From contig NC_043002.1 of NCBI RefSeq assembly GCF_006345805.1, positions 28,334,001 to 28,398,000 on the forward strand: 64,000 nucleotides of DNA. Direction: 5' to 3'. Within the stretch, counting starts at the first letter, position 1, and each line of letters starts with the position of its first letter. Positions 1-13,838 of the stretch are shown piece after piece. This DNA is from Octopus sinensis (Eukaryota). Made by a program: the position numbers and the translations under genes. The notes under the pieces were generated by a model that saw only the letters and a program-made list of their open reading frames with translations, ran no database searches and was not told the origin of the DNA.

Positions 1-685
1 TGGGTGTGTGTGAGAGAGAGAAAGGAAAAGTGAAATGGAGATATAGAGTCTGTGTGTGTGTGTGCATACGTGTATGCATATGTGTGTACACGTGTGTATA
101 TGATAAGGCTTGATTTTTCTTTCGGTATTTTCATTTCGATTACCATATATGACTGCTGCTGTGGTTGCTACCGTTGCTGCTACTGCTGTTGCTGCTGCTG
201 CATTGCACGTTGCATAAGTTAACACCTGTAAACTGCTCACTTTCTAATAAAGATAAGTGTGAAACTTGATGGACAAAAGCACATCAAATAAGATCAGTAT
301 ATGTGTTAACAGTTCTTAGGTGTGAAGAACACACCCCCGCTTGTCAAGTTTGCCCGGTCAACTGCAAAATATATTTTTCAAGCTTTAAAAATAAATAAAG
401 ACAAATAGATAAAAGAGAAAAATATTTCTTCTAAACTTGAAAATAAAATAAAATCTTCATTGTATACATTTCTGGTGAAAATCTTTCAATAGAATACCAC
501 GGTTTTCTGTCGGTGTCGACGAGGAATCTTCAGTGTTGAATTGTTCGATGCACTAAACAACCTATGCGGAATAATGTGAAAGTGGCTGAATGTTCCGCAA
601 ACACATGAATCCTTTACGTAAATCACAGGTTGAATCAACGAGAAGAAATGCGAAAATACTGGACCCTAGTAACCAATATTACATA

Positions 686-915
686 TTTCTTTATTACCCA
701 CAAGGGGCTAAACACAGAGGGGACAAACAAGGACAGACATAGGTATGAAGTCGATTACATCGACCCCAGTGCGTAACTGGTACTTAATTTATCGACCCCG
801 AAAGGATGAAAGGCAAAGTCGACCTCGGCGGAATTTGAACTCACAACGTAACGCAGACGAAATACCGCTAAGCATTTCGCACGGCGTGCTAACGTTTCTG
901 CCAGCTCGCCGCCTT
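686..915 (-). mobile_element. tRNA-derived SINE, family A (near full length)
   Basis: Minus strand reads AAGGCGGCGAGCTGGCAGAAACGTTAGC...GAGTTCAAATTCC (box B-like), then GAGGTCGACTTTGCCTTTCATCCTTTCGGGGTCGATAAATTAAGTACCAG, which resembles the Meta-SINE central domain (from memory). More than 10 related copies in the window. Confidence 0.85.
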
Positions 916-1349
916 ATAACCAATATTACAGGTTCGAATACAGTCCATCTGACCGGATGCCACTCAATTTCCCACTGTATGTCTGTATTTCATTTCATGC
1001 ATTTTATTGTATGTCTTCTTTTCAATAAAAATATTACAACCAAGCTATAATCGTGTAGACATAGTCTAATATGGAAAAGAAACTATAAAAATAAATTACA
1101 ATTATATCAGATGTGACGAGAATTGACTGACGAATGGAAGCTATTACTACCTCCTAGATCTAGGATAACCTAATGCACACGTTGTTCTGGCTAAATTTGA
1201 GGATTTTTCTCTCTCCTTTCTTCAGAAACAGCTTGGTGTATTGGTTAGCAGTCAACTTTGTTGGAGAGCATAAAGATTTAAGTTGTAGTTGAGAAACAGT
1301 TTGCTGAGGTGGAGGACTGGAAGCCATCTTGATATCAGTACAGAGTTAC

Positions 1350-1925
1350 GTGTGTCATAATGTTTCGCTTCGAGTATCAAAATGCCGACGTCGTGACTGC
1401 CGCTGATGCTCTGTGAAAACTATAAAAGATTAAGATGTAACACGGAGAGTTACATCGGATACTACGAAGCTATGGTCAGTAGAAAGGGACCCAGCAGGCG
1501 TTCAGACTGCATCCGCACACCTTAATTCAACTCCACATCTTAGGCTACACTGATACGGCTATACGAAGATACTGGAAATTGTGGCCCATATCTAGCTAGA
1601 GAGGCTGTATAAGTGGCGGCAGAAAATGTCTCCTTACCATACCGCCTGAAAGAGTTAGAAGTGGCTGTCGGAGAATTTCTGTGACTCCACCAGCCTCAAC
1701 TTTTGGCCTTGTAATTCCCCCTATTGTAATCCTTACTATGTGTAGAGCGCGGTAACAAAGACGCCAGGCTCTCAACCTGCAACTACAATGTTGAGCTGGT
1801 TGTCAAAACCAAAGAGGTGATCGAAGATCTTCCAAGGACACAGTGAAGAAAGCATGCGCCAGGTTCCAGACCCATCTTGAGGCCGTAGTGGAAAGAGGTT
1901 GGGTACCTTGAGTAAATTGTTATCT
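1350..1925 (+). pseudogene. Degenerate Tc1/mariner-superfamily transposase relic
   Basis: Manual translation at ~1702 gives FWPCNSPYCNPYYV*SAV (cf. FWPPNSPDLNPLDYYVW); ~1835-1900 gives KDTVKKACARFQTHLEAVVE. Stops and frameshifts present. Confidence 0.55.
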
Positions 1926-2102
1926 CTCAGCCATAATCTAGTTCATATTTTTTTTATTTTTTAAATACTTTTATTTTTGGATGGAATATTTTGTTTTCTT
2001 TTTCTATCATGAAAACTATCAAATTTAGCCCCAATAACTTTGTTTACATTTCTGATAGGATTTATATTTCTAAACTTTAGCAATATCTAAGGTAAAGTAA
2101 AA

Positions 2103-2148
2103 GATCCCTGATGAGCCTAATCAATGATGAAACTAATCGCTTCGATCC
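2103..2148 (+). ncRNA. Degenerate hammerhead-like motif
   Basis: CTGATGA (2108-2114) and GAAAC (2129-2133) are correctly spaced, but stems II and I pair poorly. A (TA)n array follows. Confidence 0.3.
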
Positions 2149-2194
2149 ACCCTTCAAACAGAAGCCCCCTGTGGTATATACAAAGGTCTGTCGT

Positions 2195-2255
<61 letters not shown>

Positions 2256-3399
2256 TGGCAGTGGTGTGCTTGGGATAGTGGTAGGAGGAGTATGAGAAAG
2301 AAGTGAGGTCAGTGCGTGTATGTGTATGATTTGATAACATGATTGTTACTCATATATGATCGTTTTTTTTTTACGTTTGTGTTCTTCAAGCATCGACTAA
2401 GTGCTGTTAATTATTATGCATTCGTGGCAATATAAAACAGAAGGGAATTGCTTACAACTACAAAAGTAGGAGGATATATTTTTATATAAGAAGCGAGGGA
2501 CATTATATACATAACATAAATAAATTAAATTAAATGGGAAAACATGTAAAATGTAAGATAGTAAAATTGCTACAGGTTTATATTGGCAACTAGTCATCAT
2601 GAGTTATTTTCATGAAAATGATTCAACGTGTACAGTTTTCAAGTAGTGCCAACATTTATAGAATTTTGTCCTTAATTCTGTTGAGTAAACACATATATTT
2701 TTACTAACATGATGAGTAACATTATTGGCTTAAGAATATTAAAATGCTAATAAAGAGATATGAAGTGCGACATAAAGGAAATGCAGAATTTTAAAGAAAT
2801 GTGGAAGACTTTCGAGAAATAAAGTTAAATGTAAAGCAAAGTATACAAGAGTCGCTTACTTACAGAAACCAGAAAGATGGTACGTACGCTTTTTTTCTTC
2901 ACCTCACTCATGTGACTGCATTCATATTGTAAATTCTGTTTTCACTAAACTTATATAAATTTTTCATTACACCCCCATACTTTGATACACATTGTCTTTT
3001 TCTACTTTTATGTGAAGGTTACGCCATGTAAATGACGGTTATTTCGGTTTCAGATGATGGAATATATACCTATGCATATTTATAGCATACTTGGTGAAGT
3101 ATTTCCTTTACGCTGAGCGTTATAGGTAGTAGTTAAACCTGAGACGAATGAGTTAAATTGATGTATTATTGGTACCAGTATTATCTATTTGAATATACTG
3201 TGAGGGTAAAATAATTATAGGTTATATATAATCAGCACTTCTGAGCCGAGAATCTCCGAAAGTTTCTTAACAAGAATATATTTTACAAAAAGGATTTCAA
3301 ACGTTTCAGCTCTACATAAATTACAAGGCTTTTTACCCTAATTGGTGATGTGCTATCTAATGCTGTATGATGGTTGTTCATTTTCAAATCACACACACA

Positions 3400-3438
<39 letters not shown>

Positions 3439-5735
3439 TACACACACAAACATACACACACACACACACACGCACACATACACACACGTATTAGAAACGA
3501 AAGAAGTGTTTTCACTTATATTTTTATTCAAAATGTCTGCGTGTTTGCTAAAGCAAGATTTAGAGGTGTTGGAAATGAAATTTACGTATATTTTTGGATA
3601 TATTGTCAATTATATTTCATGCTCATTGATTACATCTTTCACTATCATTTGGGCTCCAATGTATATTTTGTTCGATTCTACAATTGCTCTATATAAAGAT
3701 ACGAACCCTAGTTTGCACACGTGAACATATAAGTATATATGTGTGTGTGTGAAGACTTTTTGCATGTTGTCACTAAAATAATAGAAACAGTAATCGGTGT
3801 CATTTCTAGAGTATGACAAATAATTTAATAAAGACCTTAAAAGATCAGTAGAATATTAAATGCACAAATCCTTAAAACTTTAACGAAAAAGTATGCTCTC
3901 ACTATGGGAGACAACTTGGATTTGATTTCGTATACATAGACCTCATCATCAAAACATCTGTGACCGTTTCGTCTGCATTATGACTTGAAATGCTGATCAT
4001 AATGACAAAACAACTAGCAGAATTATATTGGTATTTGTAGACAAAGATTACAAAGTCTTCTTTAGGAGACATTAGCTGTCTACCTAGTCAATATATAACG
4101 TTATTGTGTTGAAATTGAATCAATCAATTATAACCTTTCTTCCGCTACAAATTGAATTTGTTCCTGTTTAAGTGCAATCGCCCCGCTAACCCCACACCAC
4201 ATGTAAATGTGTATATATTAATGCATCTACAATTATATGTATGAGTGTTAATGTTTGAATATTTGTATATATTAATGTATGCATCCACATACACACACAC
4301 ATACACACACGCGCACGCATACATATGTATGTATGAGTGTGTGTTATTGTGCGTATGAACGTGTGTGTGTGTGTGTAAACACACAAACACGCATATATAT
4401 AGGTGCACAAACACATACCTACGCATCTACATATTAATGTATGCGTAAATATATATAGCTAGGTCGGTGTGTGTGTGTATATATATATATATATGAATGT
4501 ATGTATACATACATATAGATACATACACATATATACATACATATGCCCTCACACGTAAGCATATACATACAGGTATGTGTGTATGTATCCATGCATGCAT
4601 ACGACCTTTGCGATTCATACACACGATCATACCTATATACATGCACATGCGTATGTATATGTATTTAACATGTATGTGTAATGTGTGTGTGTGTATAATG
4701 GAGATTAGAGATATTTTAATGGAGGAATTTGTCAAAAATATTCTATTTTCCGTATTTAAAACATTGACTTGAAATCATGGCCGTTTTTCGCTTTTATTTC
4801 GCTGGTACATTAATAGATGACAGATGATAACGGACCTAACAATCACTGTCTCACCAGCTAACCCTAACCACTTCCACACCTTTCAGTACCACTCTCTGTC
4901 TCTCTCTCTCTCTCTCTTTCTCGCTTTCACTACCTTTCCCGTTTATTATTATCACCCTCCCAACTCCCGTGTTTCCTCTATACTCCCCATCACCAACACC
5001 ACCACAATCTACCGTACCTCTTTCTCTTTCTCACCGTTATTCATTAATCTGTAAATGAGTGAAAGCTGTATTAGCATCGGCAACGCTCTTCACATAATTA
5101 TCGCATCAGTATAGCTGTACATAGATATAATTGACACAATTTCAAGCATAAATTACATTTGAATTCACCGTTTTCAATGCTTTGTTTATTGTCTTTTGGT
5201 AAAATTCTTCACTTTTAGCATTGAATTTTCGTCAAAAGTTCTTTACCTTACTTACACCATCTTCATATTTAGATAGGAACGCTGCGAAAGAAACAAAAAA
5301 AATATTTTCCAATGCAAAAGTTACGTTTTCATTGTTCAGAAAATTAATTGAGTTACTTGCAAGTGCATAAATTTTCCATAGCTGTCCAATTGTCTATCGG
5401 AAAAGTGGATGAAGTTAATTTGAAATCTATTGGGCAATCTGTATGTATGCAACTTTTACCATAATGCGATGCTTTTCGCTAATACAAGACACTTATAGCG
5501 AATGGTTGGGCGAGCTTAACGAGCTAAAATTTTTGCATATATCAAAATATGGTTTGTTTGTTTTCGCTTTATTCTTTTTTCCCCCCTTTAGATTCTATTT
5601 CTAACTTTCCACAGAAATTCACCTCGGTATATTAGACCGACGAATATAGGAGACACGTTTTAAATTTGCAATATATATATGCCTATATAGACATGCATAT
5701 ATATACATACATCCATATATGTGTGTGTATGAATG

Positions 5736-5736
<1 letters not shown>

Positions 5737-5766
<30 letters not shown>

Positions 5767-5783
5767 GTAGGTAGGTAGGTAGG

Positions 5784-5827
<44 letters not shown>

Positions 5828-5828
5828 C

Positions 5829-5890
<62 letters not shown>
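5737..5890. repeat. (AGAT)n/(AGGT)n microsatellite; representative of dozens of (TA)n, (CA)n, (TACA)n, (AGAT)n, (AAT)n and (GAT)n arrays
   Basis: Directly visible tandem repeats. Confidence 0.95.
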
Positions 5891-7354
5891 GTAAATAAAT
5901 AAAGATAATTGTATGTGTATAGAGGCATATACATATTCATAGTGTATGTGTATGTATGCGTGTGCCTTTGAAAATGGCGCCTAGTTGAAAGAAATATTGT
6001 ACTACATCATTGAGTCAAACTGGAAATGGGATTTACCAATAACGGCATGAAAAGTTCGATCCTGCTGAATGTCGATGCAGCCCGATGAATTTACATATTA
6101 AAATTTCAGCCATAACCTCAGCTGCTTATTGTAGGTAGGTGGAGTGTTCATCTAGAAATTGTTTCATAACGAAACTAGGTACATATGTGCGTATGTATCG
6201 AATTCCTTAATTCTCTAGTTGTCTATTGTGCTTTGTAATTTGGTCAGAGTTCCTTATCAAGTTAACAACAATTTTTGGATTTAGACGAAATTCTGAAAAT
6301 TATTTAACAGTAAAAGAATAGTAGTAATGACGTAGTTCCTTCCATTCAACGTCACGAAATTTCAATGGGAGTATGCAAATTTTGATCTCTGATTGCAGGC
6401 CATGTCATTCGTTTTTAATGAGATTTTATAAAATTTATTTCAGAGAAATGGCTAAGTATCTTCGCATAAATATTTTGTATTTAATTCATACGATGTGTAA
6501 TAATTTTTGCACTATTCATTGACTGTCTAATTGATCTGTAGTAGAAATGATTGAGAGATGAGGACGTGTGTCATTGATGGTGATGGGATAGATTGGATAG
6601 AGATAAACCAAGGAAATCGTTGAGAGTGAAAGTCAGACAGTGTAGAATTCTTCAGAAATATCAGAAATATATAAATGCTCCATCACACAACACTCTGCGT
6701 AAACATAGCCAAAAAATATATTACGCAGCAAAACTGTTATCAGAACAAACTACAAAACTTATTGACGTCATATATTACGTGATCCTATTTTTATCCTCCA
6801 TATCATATACACTTCGTGTCTACTGAAGCTCGCTGTTATCAATTCAAATATTGTGTGTGTGTGTGTGTGTGTATAAACAAATAAAGATATATAAACTATT
6901 ATTATTACAATAATAATTTTTTTAATTGTAATTGTTCTGTACAAGAAGTATAATCAAAGTTATGTATGTAACCAGAAACTCGTAAGAATGCTTGATACAA
7001 CCGAAAAGTTTTAATAAATCAACTTGCCCTAAAGTATTCTACAAAGGATGTTTTGAAGGTGAGTTACGAAATAAGATATAATCGAATAACAATCCTATAC
7101 TGGTCGACAATGAATTCCAAAAGCGTGTGTTATATAATCGGAAGCAATTTTCAATGATGTCAGAATGTTATAATTGTAGTTGCATACACAAAGATATCTA
7201 TGTTACATTAACTCACATAACATCGTAGTAATGTTTTTATACATTCTAAAAAACAGCTACACAACAGCAATAACAAAACCGTACGTTAGTAAGGAAAATA
7301 AACCTGACTTCAAACAAAAACAACACCAACTAAACTCATCGTGTGTATTACCAG

Positions 7355-7487
7355 CAGCATAAAATATATTCCACCCCGAAAGAATGAGAGGCAAAGTCGA
7401 TTCCGGTAGAATTTGATCATAGAGCGTAAAGATGGGCGGAATGCCGCTTAGCATTTTGCCCGGTGTGCTAACGATTCTGTCAGCTCG

Positions 7488-7491
<4 letters not shown>
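7355..7491 (-). mobile_element. SINE family A, diverged partial copy
   Basis: Aligns by eye to 790-915 (CCCCGAAAGAATGAGAGGCAAAGTCGA...GCTAACGATTCTGTCAGCTCG). Confidence 0.75.
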
Positions 7492-7730
<239 letters not shown>

Positions 7731-7754
7731 GATTATTATTAGTATTGTTTCAAA

Positions 7755-8200
7755 TTTTCTTTCATTTCTGTATTGTACACGGTCTAGTTTATAAATTCCT
7801 AAGTATTTGCATGTCTGGATTTAGTCTAATTCTTTTATTTCATTTTCTTCATCTAGAGCTTAGCGTTCTTAATTAATTTTCTTCTCTTCCAAGTTGCTTT
7901 GGCGCAGTTTTCTGAGTCGAATCTCATATTTAATTCTTTGGTAAATCTGTGTACTGTCTTCCGTAACATTTCGAGTTGTTTATCATAGGAAGATCATCAA
8001 TATACAAAAGATGGTTAATTGTCTTACCATTGCATTTGTATTGACATCTGGTTCTGCTTAGCGTACCAGTGGAAAGCGTCAACGTCAGAAGCAAAAGGGT
8101 CGGTGAAATGTTCCTCTTCTAATGATATTTCTAGTTTTTACAATTCCGTCTTTTCTCTACAACTGGAAAATTGTTAGCCATTTACCCGTCACATATTTCG
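7755..8200 (-). pseudogene. R4/Dong-like non-LTR retrotransposon RT C-terminal half, degenerate
   Basis: Minus-strand translation KCNGKTINHLLYIDDL (catalytic YxDD, ~7991-8037), followed by QLEMLRKTVHRFTKELNMRF and KYLGI. Frameshifted. Confidence 0.7.
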
Positions 8201-8281
8201 TGTATTTTCTAATTATCAGTATTACAGTATTCATGATCAGTATCTCCAGAACCTATGTGTAGGAATATTATCAAAAGCTTT

Positions 8282-8410
8282 AAGGCGGCGAGCTGGTAAA
8301 ATCATTATAGTATTTCATCCGCTTTTTCGTTCTAAGTTCAAAGTCGCCGAGGATGAGTTTGCCTTTCATCTTTTCGGGGTCGATAAAATAAGTACCAGTT
8401 GAGTATCCTA
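8282..8410 (+). mobile_element. SINE family A, partial
   Basis: AAGGCGGCGAGCTGG head and GCCTTTCATCTTTTCGGGGTCGATAAAATAAGTACCAG core. Confidence 0.75.
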
Positions 8411-8579
8411 GAGCTGTGAAACCGTGCATGTATTAATTTCAACTCTCCTTATAAATAACTGCCTTGTTTCTTCCCAGGCAAACCTACATATCTTCAAAAA
8501 ATACTTCAAATGTATCTAGTAGCGGTTTCTCTTGATAATCGACAAAATTTAACAGCTGCAGAAAACGGCTTTAGCTTTC

Positions 8580-9573
8580 AATGACATTCAGGCTGGCAAG
8601 GCTGCTGCTACATTAGGGGACGACACTCCAGCTTTATCAGCAGCACAAAAATAGGCGACTGAATTTAGGAGGGGAAGGGGGAGTCTTGAAGATGACCAAA
8701 GAACTGGACGTCCTGCAACTGCCACTACCAGGGGAAACGTTGGTCAAGTTAACCACATAGAGATGGATGACTGGCGATTTACTATAAATCAAATTGCCAA
8801 TGCTATTTGCATATTCCGTGAGAGAGTTAAGAATATTTTGTTCCATGAACTTGATATGACGAAGGTTTCTGCTTGGTGGTTGTCACGTCTTCTGTCACCT
8901 GATCAAAAGGGCACCAGGATGGTCACATTAAGAGAAACCTGACATTGTTTGAAGCAAACTCAGCTGGTTTCCTTGAACGTTTCCTAACTAACTCGTGATG
9001 GGTGTAGGGTTCATCACATGGAACCAGAGACAAAAAGACAATTTATGCAGTGGAAACTCCCTCCTCATCTGCTCTAAAGAAGACCAAAGTCGTTTCACCT
9101 GCAGGGAAGGTGATAACTTCAGTTTTGGGGGATGTAGAAGGCATTGTGTTTATTGACTTATCTTCAAAAGGACCACACCATCAATGGAAATTACTATGCC
9201 ATTTTACTGAGGTAGTTATGAAAGAGTATCGAGATCAAACGGTTAGGAAAACTGACAAACAGGGTTTTCTTTCATCAGGATAATTCTCCAGCGCACAAGC
9301 CCTTCGCTCCAAAGTCTGTTGTGTGTGACTGACTTTGAACTGGTTGATCACGTTCCCTATTCTCTTGATATTCTCCCTGATGATGACGATGCTGTTGTTG
9401 ATGACTTTTTGGACCAACATGAAAGCTTCTTTACCAATAGTATCCAAACAGTGAAACACTGATGAAAGAAGGGTGTGGATACAAGAAGAACTATATTGAA
9501 AAATAAACCTCATTTGGTCACATTGCATGAGAATATCTTGGTCAGCCTACAAACTTTTCAGCCGACCCTCGTA
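8580..9573 (+). mobile_element. mariner-like transposon relic with right TIR
   Basis: Fragments SLEDDQRTGRPATA, KVSAWWLSRLLSPDQK, AGKVITSVLGDVEGIVFID and FHQDNSPAHK. Ends ...AAACTTTTCAGCCGACCCTCGTA, a mariner-type TIR plus TA. Confidence 0.8.
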
Positions 9574-9599
9574 CATATGTATACTCAATTAAACCTTTA

Positions 9600-9790
9600 T
9601 AGGATTATGGAATTTTGAGAGATAATACTCTTCATGTGTAAGCAGAGCTTTATTCCTATTTCCTTCAAACAGTTTTCCTGGTACCACGTCAATGAACTTT
9701 GTTACTTTCTGCATTACTCCGAACGTTTCTGTGGTAACAGGTACTGTATTGGTTTTCATCCTCCACATTCTGACAATCTTCATAACTAGG
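9600..9790 (-). pseudogene. R4/Dong-like REL endonuclease C-terminus, degenerate
   Basis: ORF 9589-9807 segment VRMWRMKTNTVPVTTETFGVMQKVTKFIDVVPG aligns to TRMWNLKTETIPIIVGALGMIKK...TPG of the 48998 ORF. Confidence 0.55.
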
Positions 9791-9975
9791 TTTAGCACGA
9801 CGGACAAAATGCTTCCGTATGTCTTTGCGTTCTGAGTCTAAATGCAGCCGAGTTCGACTTCGCCTTTCCTTCTTTTCCGGATCGATTAAATAAGTACCAG
9901 TGGTAAACTGAGCTCGATGTAGTCGACTTAACCCCACCCACGAAATTAGGAGCCTTGTACCAAATTTTGAAACTA
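9790..9975 (+). mobile_element. SINE family A with (ATT)n-type tail
   Basis: Core TTCGACTTCGCCTTTCCTT...TAAGTACCAG, then tail GCCTTGTACCAAATTTTGAAAC running into (TTA)n. Confidence 0.7.
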
Positions 9976-10030
9976 TTGTTGTTGTTATTATTATTATTAT
10001 TATTAATATTATTATTATTATTATTATTAA

Positions 10031-10068
<38 letters not shown>

Positions 10069-11542
10069 TATTATTATTATTATTATTATTAGTAGTAGTA
10101 GTAGTAGTAGTAGTAATGTCCCATTTTATATTTGCGTTAAGAAATGGGTGGGCTATATATATATATTATATATATATATATATATATACATGCATACATA
10201 CATACATACATACATACATACATACATACATACATACATACATACATACATACATACATACATACATACCTACTAGGTAGGACAAATATACTGGGGACCA
10301 AAATCTCTGTACGCTGCTGTATCTCTAACCCTAACCCTAAATCTATCAGTGAATAGGACAATAGGTGCCCCTCGTATAGGACAATGTTTGTGTGCAGGTT
10401 AACTTGTCTCCGATATGGATTCTCGTTGCACAGTGTCGTATAAATTGTTGATATTGGGATTAGGCTTTTGTTATAATGAGACAACAATGGATTATATTGT
10501 TGTGGTGCAGGAACCCATGGAGGTGCACAGCATTGGTTGGAACAGCTGGAATAGAGATATGGCAGCTAATCCAATTACTCTGTGTATCTCATTCTCTATA
10601 GAATTATCATCATAACCAAAATAATCATCATTTTCTTCAGCGTTACCACCATCAACACCACCACTATCATCGTTCTAATCATCAGCATTATAATCAAAAT
10701 CCTCATCTTCACCGTCACCACCATCATCATCATCATCATCAGCATCAGCACCATTATGATCTTCATTTTCGTCATCATCACTACAGCCACCACCAACAAA
10801 ATTATCACCTCATAAATAACAATAACAATAATAATAATAGCAACAGCAACAACATAAGAGCAAAAAACAATAATCATCGCTATCATCGTCATTATTATCA
10901 ACTGTAGCAGCAGCTAGTTATTATTGGGAAAAAATTTAATAATAAACAAGTCCCCATTTCTACCCGCATCACTAACTTAACTGTCAGCAGCTGCAGTATG
11001 AACACTACGATGACTACGGCCATTGCTGTAATGATCGTCATCATGATAACCACCACAACCAAAAACACTACCACTACCATCATCATCATCATCATCGTCG
11101 TCGTCGTCATCGTTATCATTGTTACCAACACCCGTGCCATTATCGCCCCCACCATCATTAACTTCACTACTATAAGCACCATCATCATCATCTCCCATCA
11201 TCGTCGTCGTCATCGTCATCATCATTACCATCATCATGATCAAAAACAACATCAACAACAATGACGATGACAGTATTGCCACCATTGCTAGCAGCAACAA
11301 CAAGAACAACAACAACAATTCTATCACAAGATAATGGTTTAATCACAATAAAATTATATCGTAAACAATATTTCGAGAGAAAGCCATACAACTTCTTACG
11401 ATCAACATTTTGTGGTGGTAACACTGCAAGTTTGCTTACTTTGAGTAAATGGTTCGATTCTATTTCATGCACTCACACACTATTCCCTACCTATCCCGGA
11501 CTTTTGACATTCTTTTTTCTGGTGCGATCGAAGTGATAAGTG

Positions 11543-11705
11543 CAGGCATGCATGTGTAGTTAAGAAGCTCGCTTTGAAACCACGTGGTTAAAGGTTCAGT
11601 TTCACTTCCAGATACCTTGGACAAGTGTTTTCTACTATAGTAATGAACTGACCAAATGCGTTGCGAGTGAATTTGTTAAATGGAAACTGTACGAAACCCC
11701 GTCTC
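11543..11705 (+). mobile_element. SINE family B 5' half, degenerate
   Basis: Similar to 32102-32260 (GGTTCAGT...CCTTGGACAAGTGTTTTCTACTATAG). Confidence 0.6.
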
Positions 11706-11725
11706 TGTACATGCGTTTGTCATGT

Positions 11726-12020
11726 GGAAGCGCGTGGCTTATTGGTTAAGGTATTCAACTTACGATCGTAAAGTTTTGAGTTCGATTCAGGGTGGTGCAT
11801 TGTGTCCTTGAGATAGGCACTTTATTTCACGTTGCTCCAGTTCACACAGCTGGCAGAAATGAAAAGTACCTGTATTATTGTTCAAAGGGCCAGCCTTGTT
11901 ACATTCTGTGTCATGCTGAGTGATCCTGAAAATTACGTTAAAGGTACGCGTATCTGTGGAGTGTTCAGCTACTTGCGCGTTAATTCCACAAACAGGCTGT
12001 TGCGTTGCTAGGATCAACTA
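11726..12020 (+). mobile_element. tRNA-derived SINE family E (CORE-like middle)
   Basis: Box A-like GTGGCTTATTGGTTAAG and box B-like GAGTTCGATTC, then GTGTCCTTGAGATAGGCACTTT...GCTCCAGTTCACACAGCTG. Related pieces at 22752-22885 (+) and ~555-650 (-). Confidence 0.7.
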
Positions 12021-12059
12021 CAACGCTCGTCGTCGTATCCAATGGAAGATCAGTCTATG

Positions 12060-12275
12060 TTTGCCATACACATGTCATCGCTTGACAACCACTGTTGGTT
12101 TGTTTGAGTCCCCCGTAAACTAGCGGTTCGGCACAAGAGAACGATAGAATATCAGACTTCCAAAGAAAAAAGTGTTAGGGATGATTTGCTCGACTAAAAC
12201 CTTTCAAGGTGGTACTCCATCATGGCCACAGTCAAATACCTGAAACAATTTGAATGCAAACGGTAAAAGATGAAA
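12060..12275 (+). mobile_element. SINE family B 3' half
   Basis: CGCTTGACAACC...TAGCGGTTCGGC...GATTTGCTCGACTAAAA matches 32320-32490. Confidence 0.7.
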
Positions 12276-13042
12276 GTCTATGTCACAGCTTCGATTCCCG
12301 TTCAGTCACAAATTATTCATTCACTAATTCTCTTTCCCCTCTTACTTTGGACTCACAACCCGGCAGCGCAAACCGGAGTTTCTTCCCTTGCATACGTGAC
12401 CAATCCGTACAAGATTCCGAAGCGTAACTTATCCGTCCTAGCGTCAGCAGTTGTCGTCTCAGTCTTGCCACTGCCTGCCTTCATGCCACCGAGCAATCAC
12501 TTCTGATGTGCTCGAGCGGTTTAATGACAGCGGTCATTCATCTGGAGAAGCATCAATTTGGGATACACTAGATACATTCCTTCCACCATTTACTCTTTTC
12601 GTAGTAGTAGTAGTAGAAAGAGGTGGAAGATGGCAAGGAGGAGGGCGGAGAGTAGGAGCAGGAGGTCAAGGAGGAGGACGAAGTGTGAGAGAAGTAGGAC
12701 AAGGAGGAGGCGAAGAATAGGAGAAAGAGGAAAAGTTTTTATTTTGAAAGTAGTGGTTGTGTTGGTGATGGCGATGTTCTTGTTTTAGCACTTCTCAAGA
12801 TGCGTAGACAGTGTTGTAGCAGTGTGTTCATGATGTCGATTATATATACATTACATGCATATATACATATATATTATTCTTCACCTACCCTACCAAGAAC
12901 TCACAACGACCTCGAACACACAAGTGCAAACAAGGGAGTCAGAGAAAGGCAGAATGCTACTTATATCTGAACATTACTATAGAAATATTCTTTTAAAAAA
13001 ACTTTTCTTCTAATTTTTCTAAATTTAATTATTTAATCGTTA

Positions 13043-13080
13043 CAGTTGAAAAGGTCTCAAAATGACCGAAACCGGTACTG
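13043..13080 (+). ncRNA. Minimal hammerhead-like motif with variant core
   Basis: CAG-TTGAAAA-GGTC(TCAAAAT)GACC-GAAA-CCGG-TA^CTG. Stem I CAG/CTG, perfect 4-bp stem II, palindromic ACCGGT at stem III. Core differs from CUGANGA at two positions. Confidence 0.45.
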
Positions 13081-13129
13081 AAAGATTCACTATAAAATTA
13101 TCTTAGCATTTTCTATTTTTGACTTGTTT

Positions 13130-13207
<78 letters not shown>

Positions 13208-13379
13208 GTGTGTGTACTGACAAGTTACTAGGAATATTACTTGTACTGACAAGTAATATTCCTATTCGTAGCTACTTCAACATGGCTGTCCTTTCGAACT
13301 GACTCTACTGCTATTTTTTAAACCCAAGAAGACGTCTCCTCTAGCTGGTTAACGATGCGGAGCTACATCCGATAATTTG

Positions 13380-13548
13380 CGAACGTTCTGAGTTCAAATT
13401 CCGCCGAGGTCGACTTTGCCTTTCATCCTTTCGGGGTCGATTAAATAAGTACCAGTTACGCACTGGGGTCGATGTAATCGACTTAATCCATATGTCTGTC
13501 CTTGTTTGTCCCCTCTGTGTTTAGCCCCTTGTGGGTAATAAAGAAACA
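13380..13548 (+). mobile_element. SINE family A, 5'-truncated, young-looking
   Basis: Near-identical to the reverse complement of 686-850. Confidence 0.85.
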
Positions 13549-13704
13549 GATATTTTTCGAGCAGGGGAGCGAATCCCTATAATTTTCTAGCGACGGAACC
13601 AGTAGACTAGTCCAGGTTTTGAACTATTTCTACCACTCACTCCGGTACTAACACACATCGTCTGCTAGAGATGGCAGTAGCTAGCCTCTATACCTCCCAA
13701 TATG

Positions 13705-13838
<134 letters not shown>

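Noticed and set aside
745-1050. ORFs beginning MKSITSTPVRNWY and similar (19808, 45023, 62209)
   Set aside because: They are read-throughs of SINE family A, not genes.
10325-10340. Telomere-like CTAACCCTAACCCTAA
   Set aside because: Only about two units, which is compatible with chance or a fragment of a dispersed repeat.
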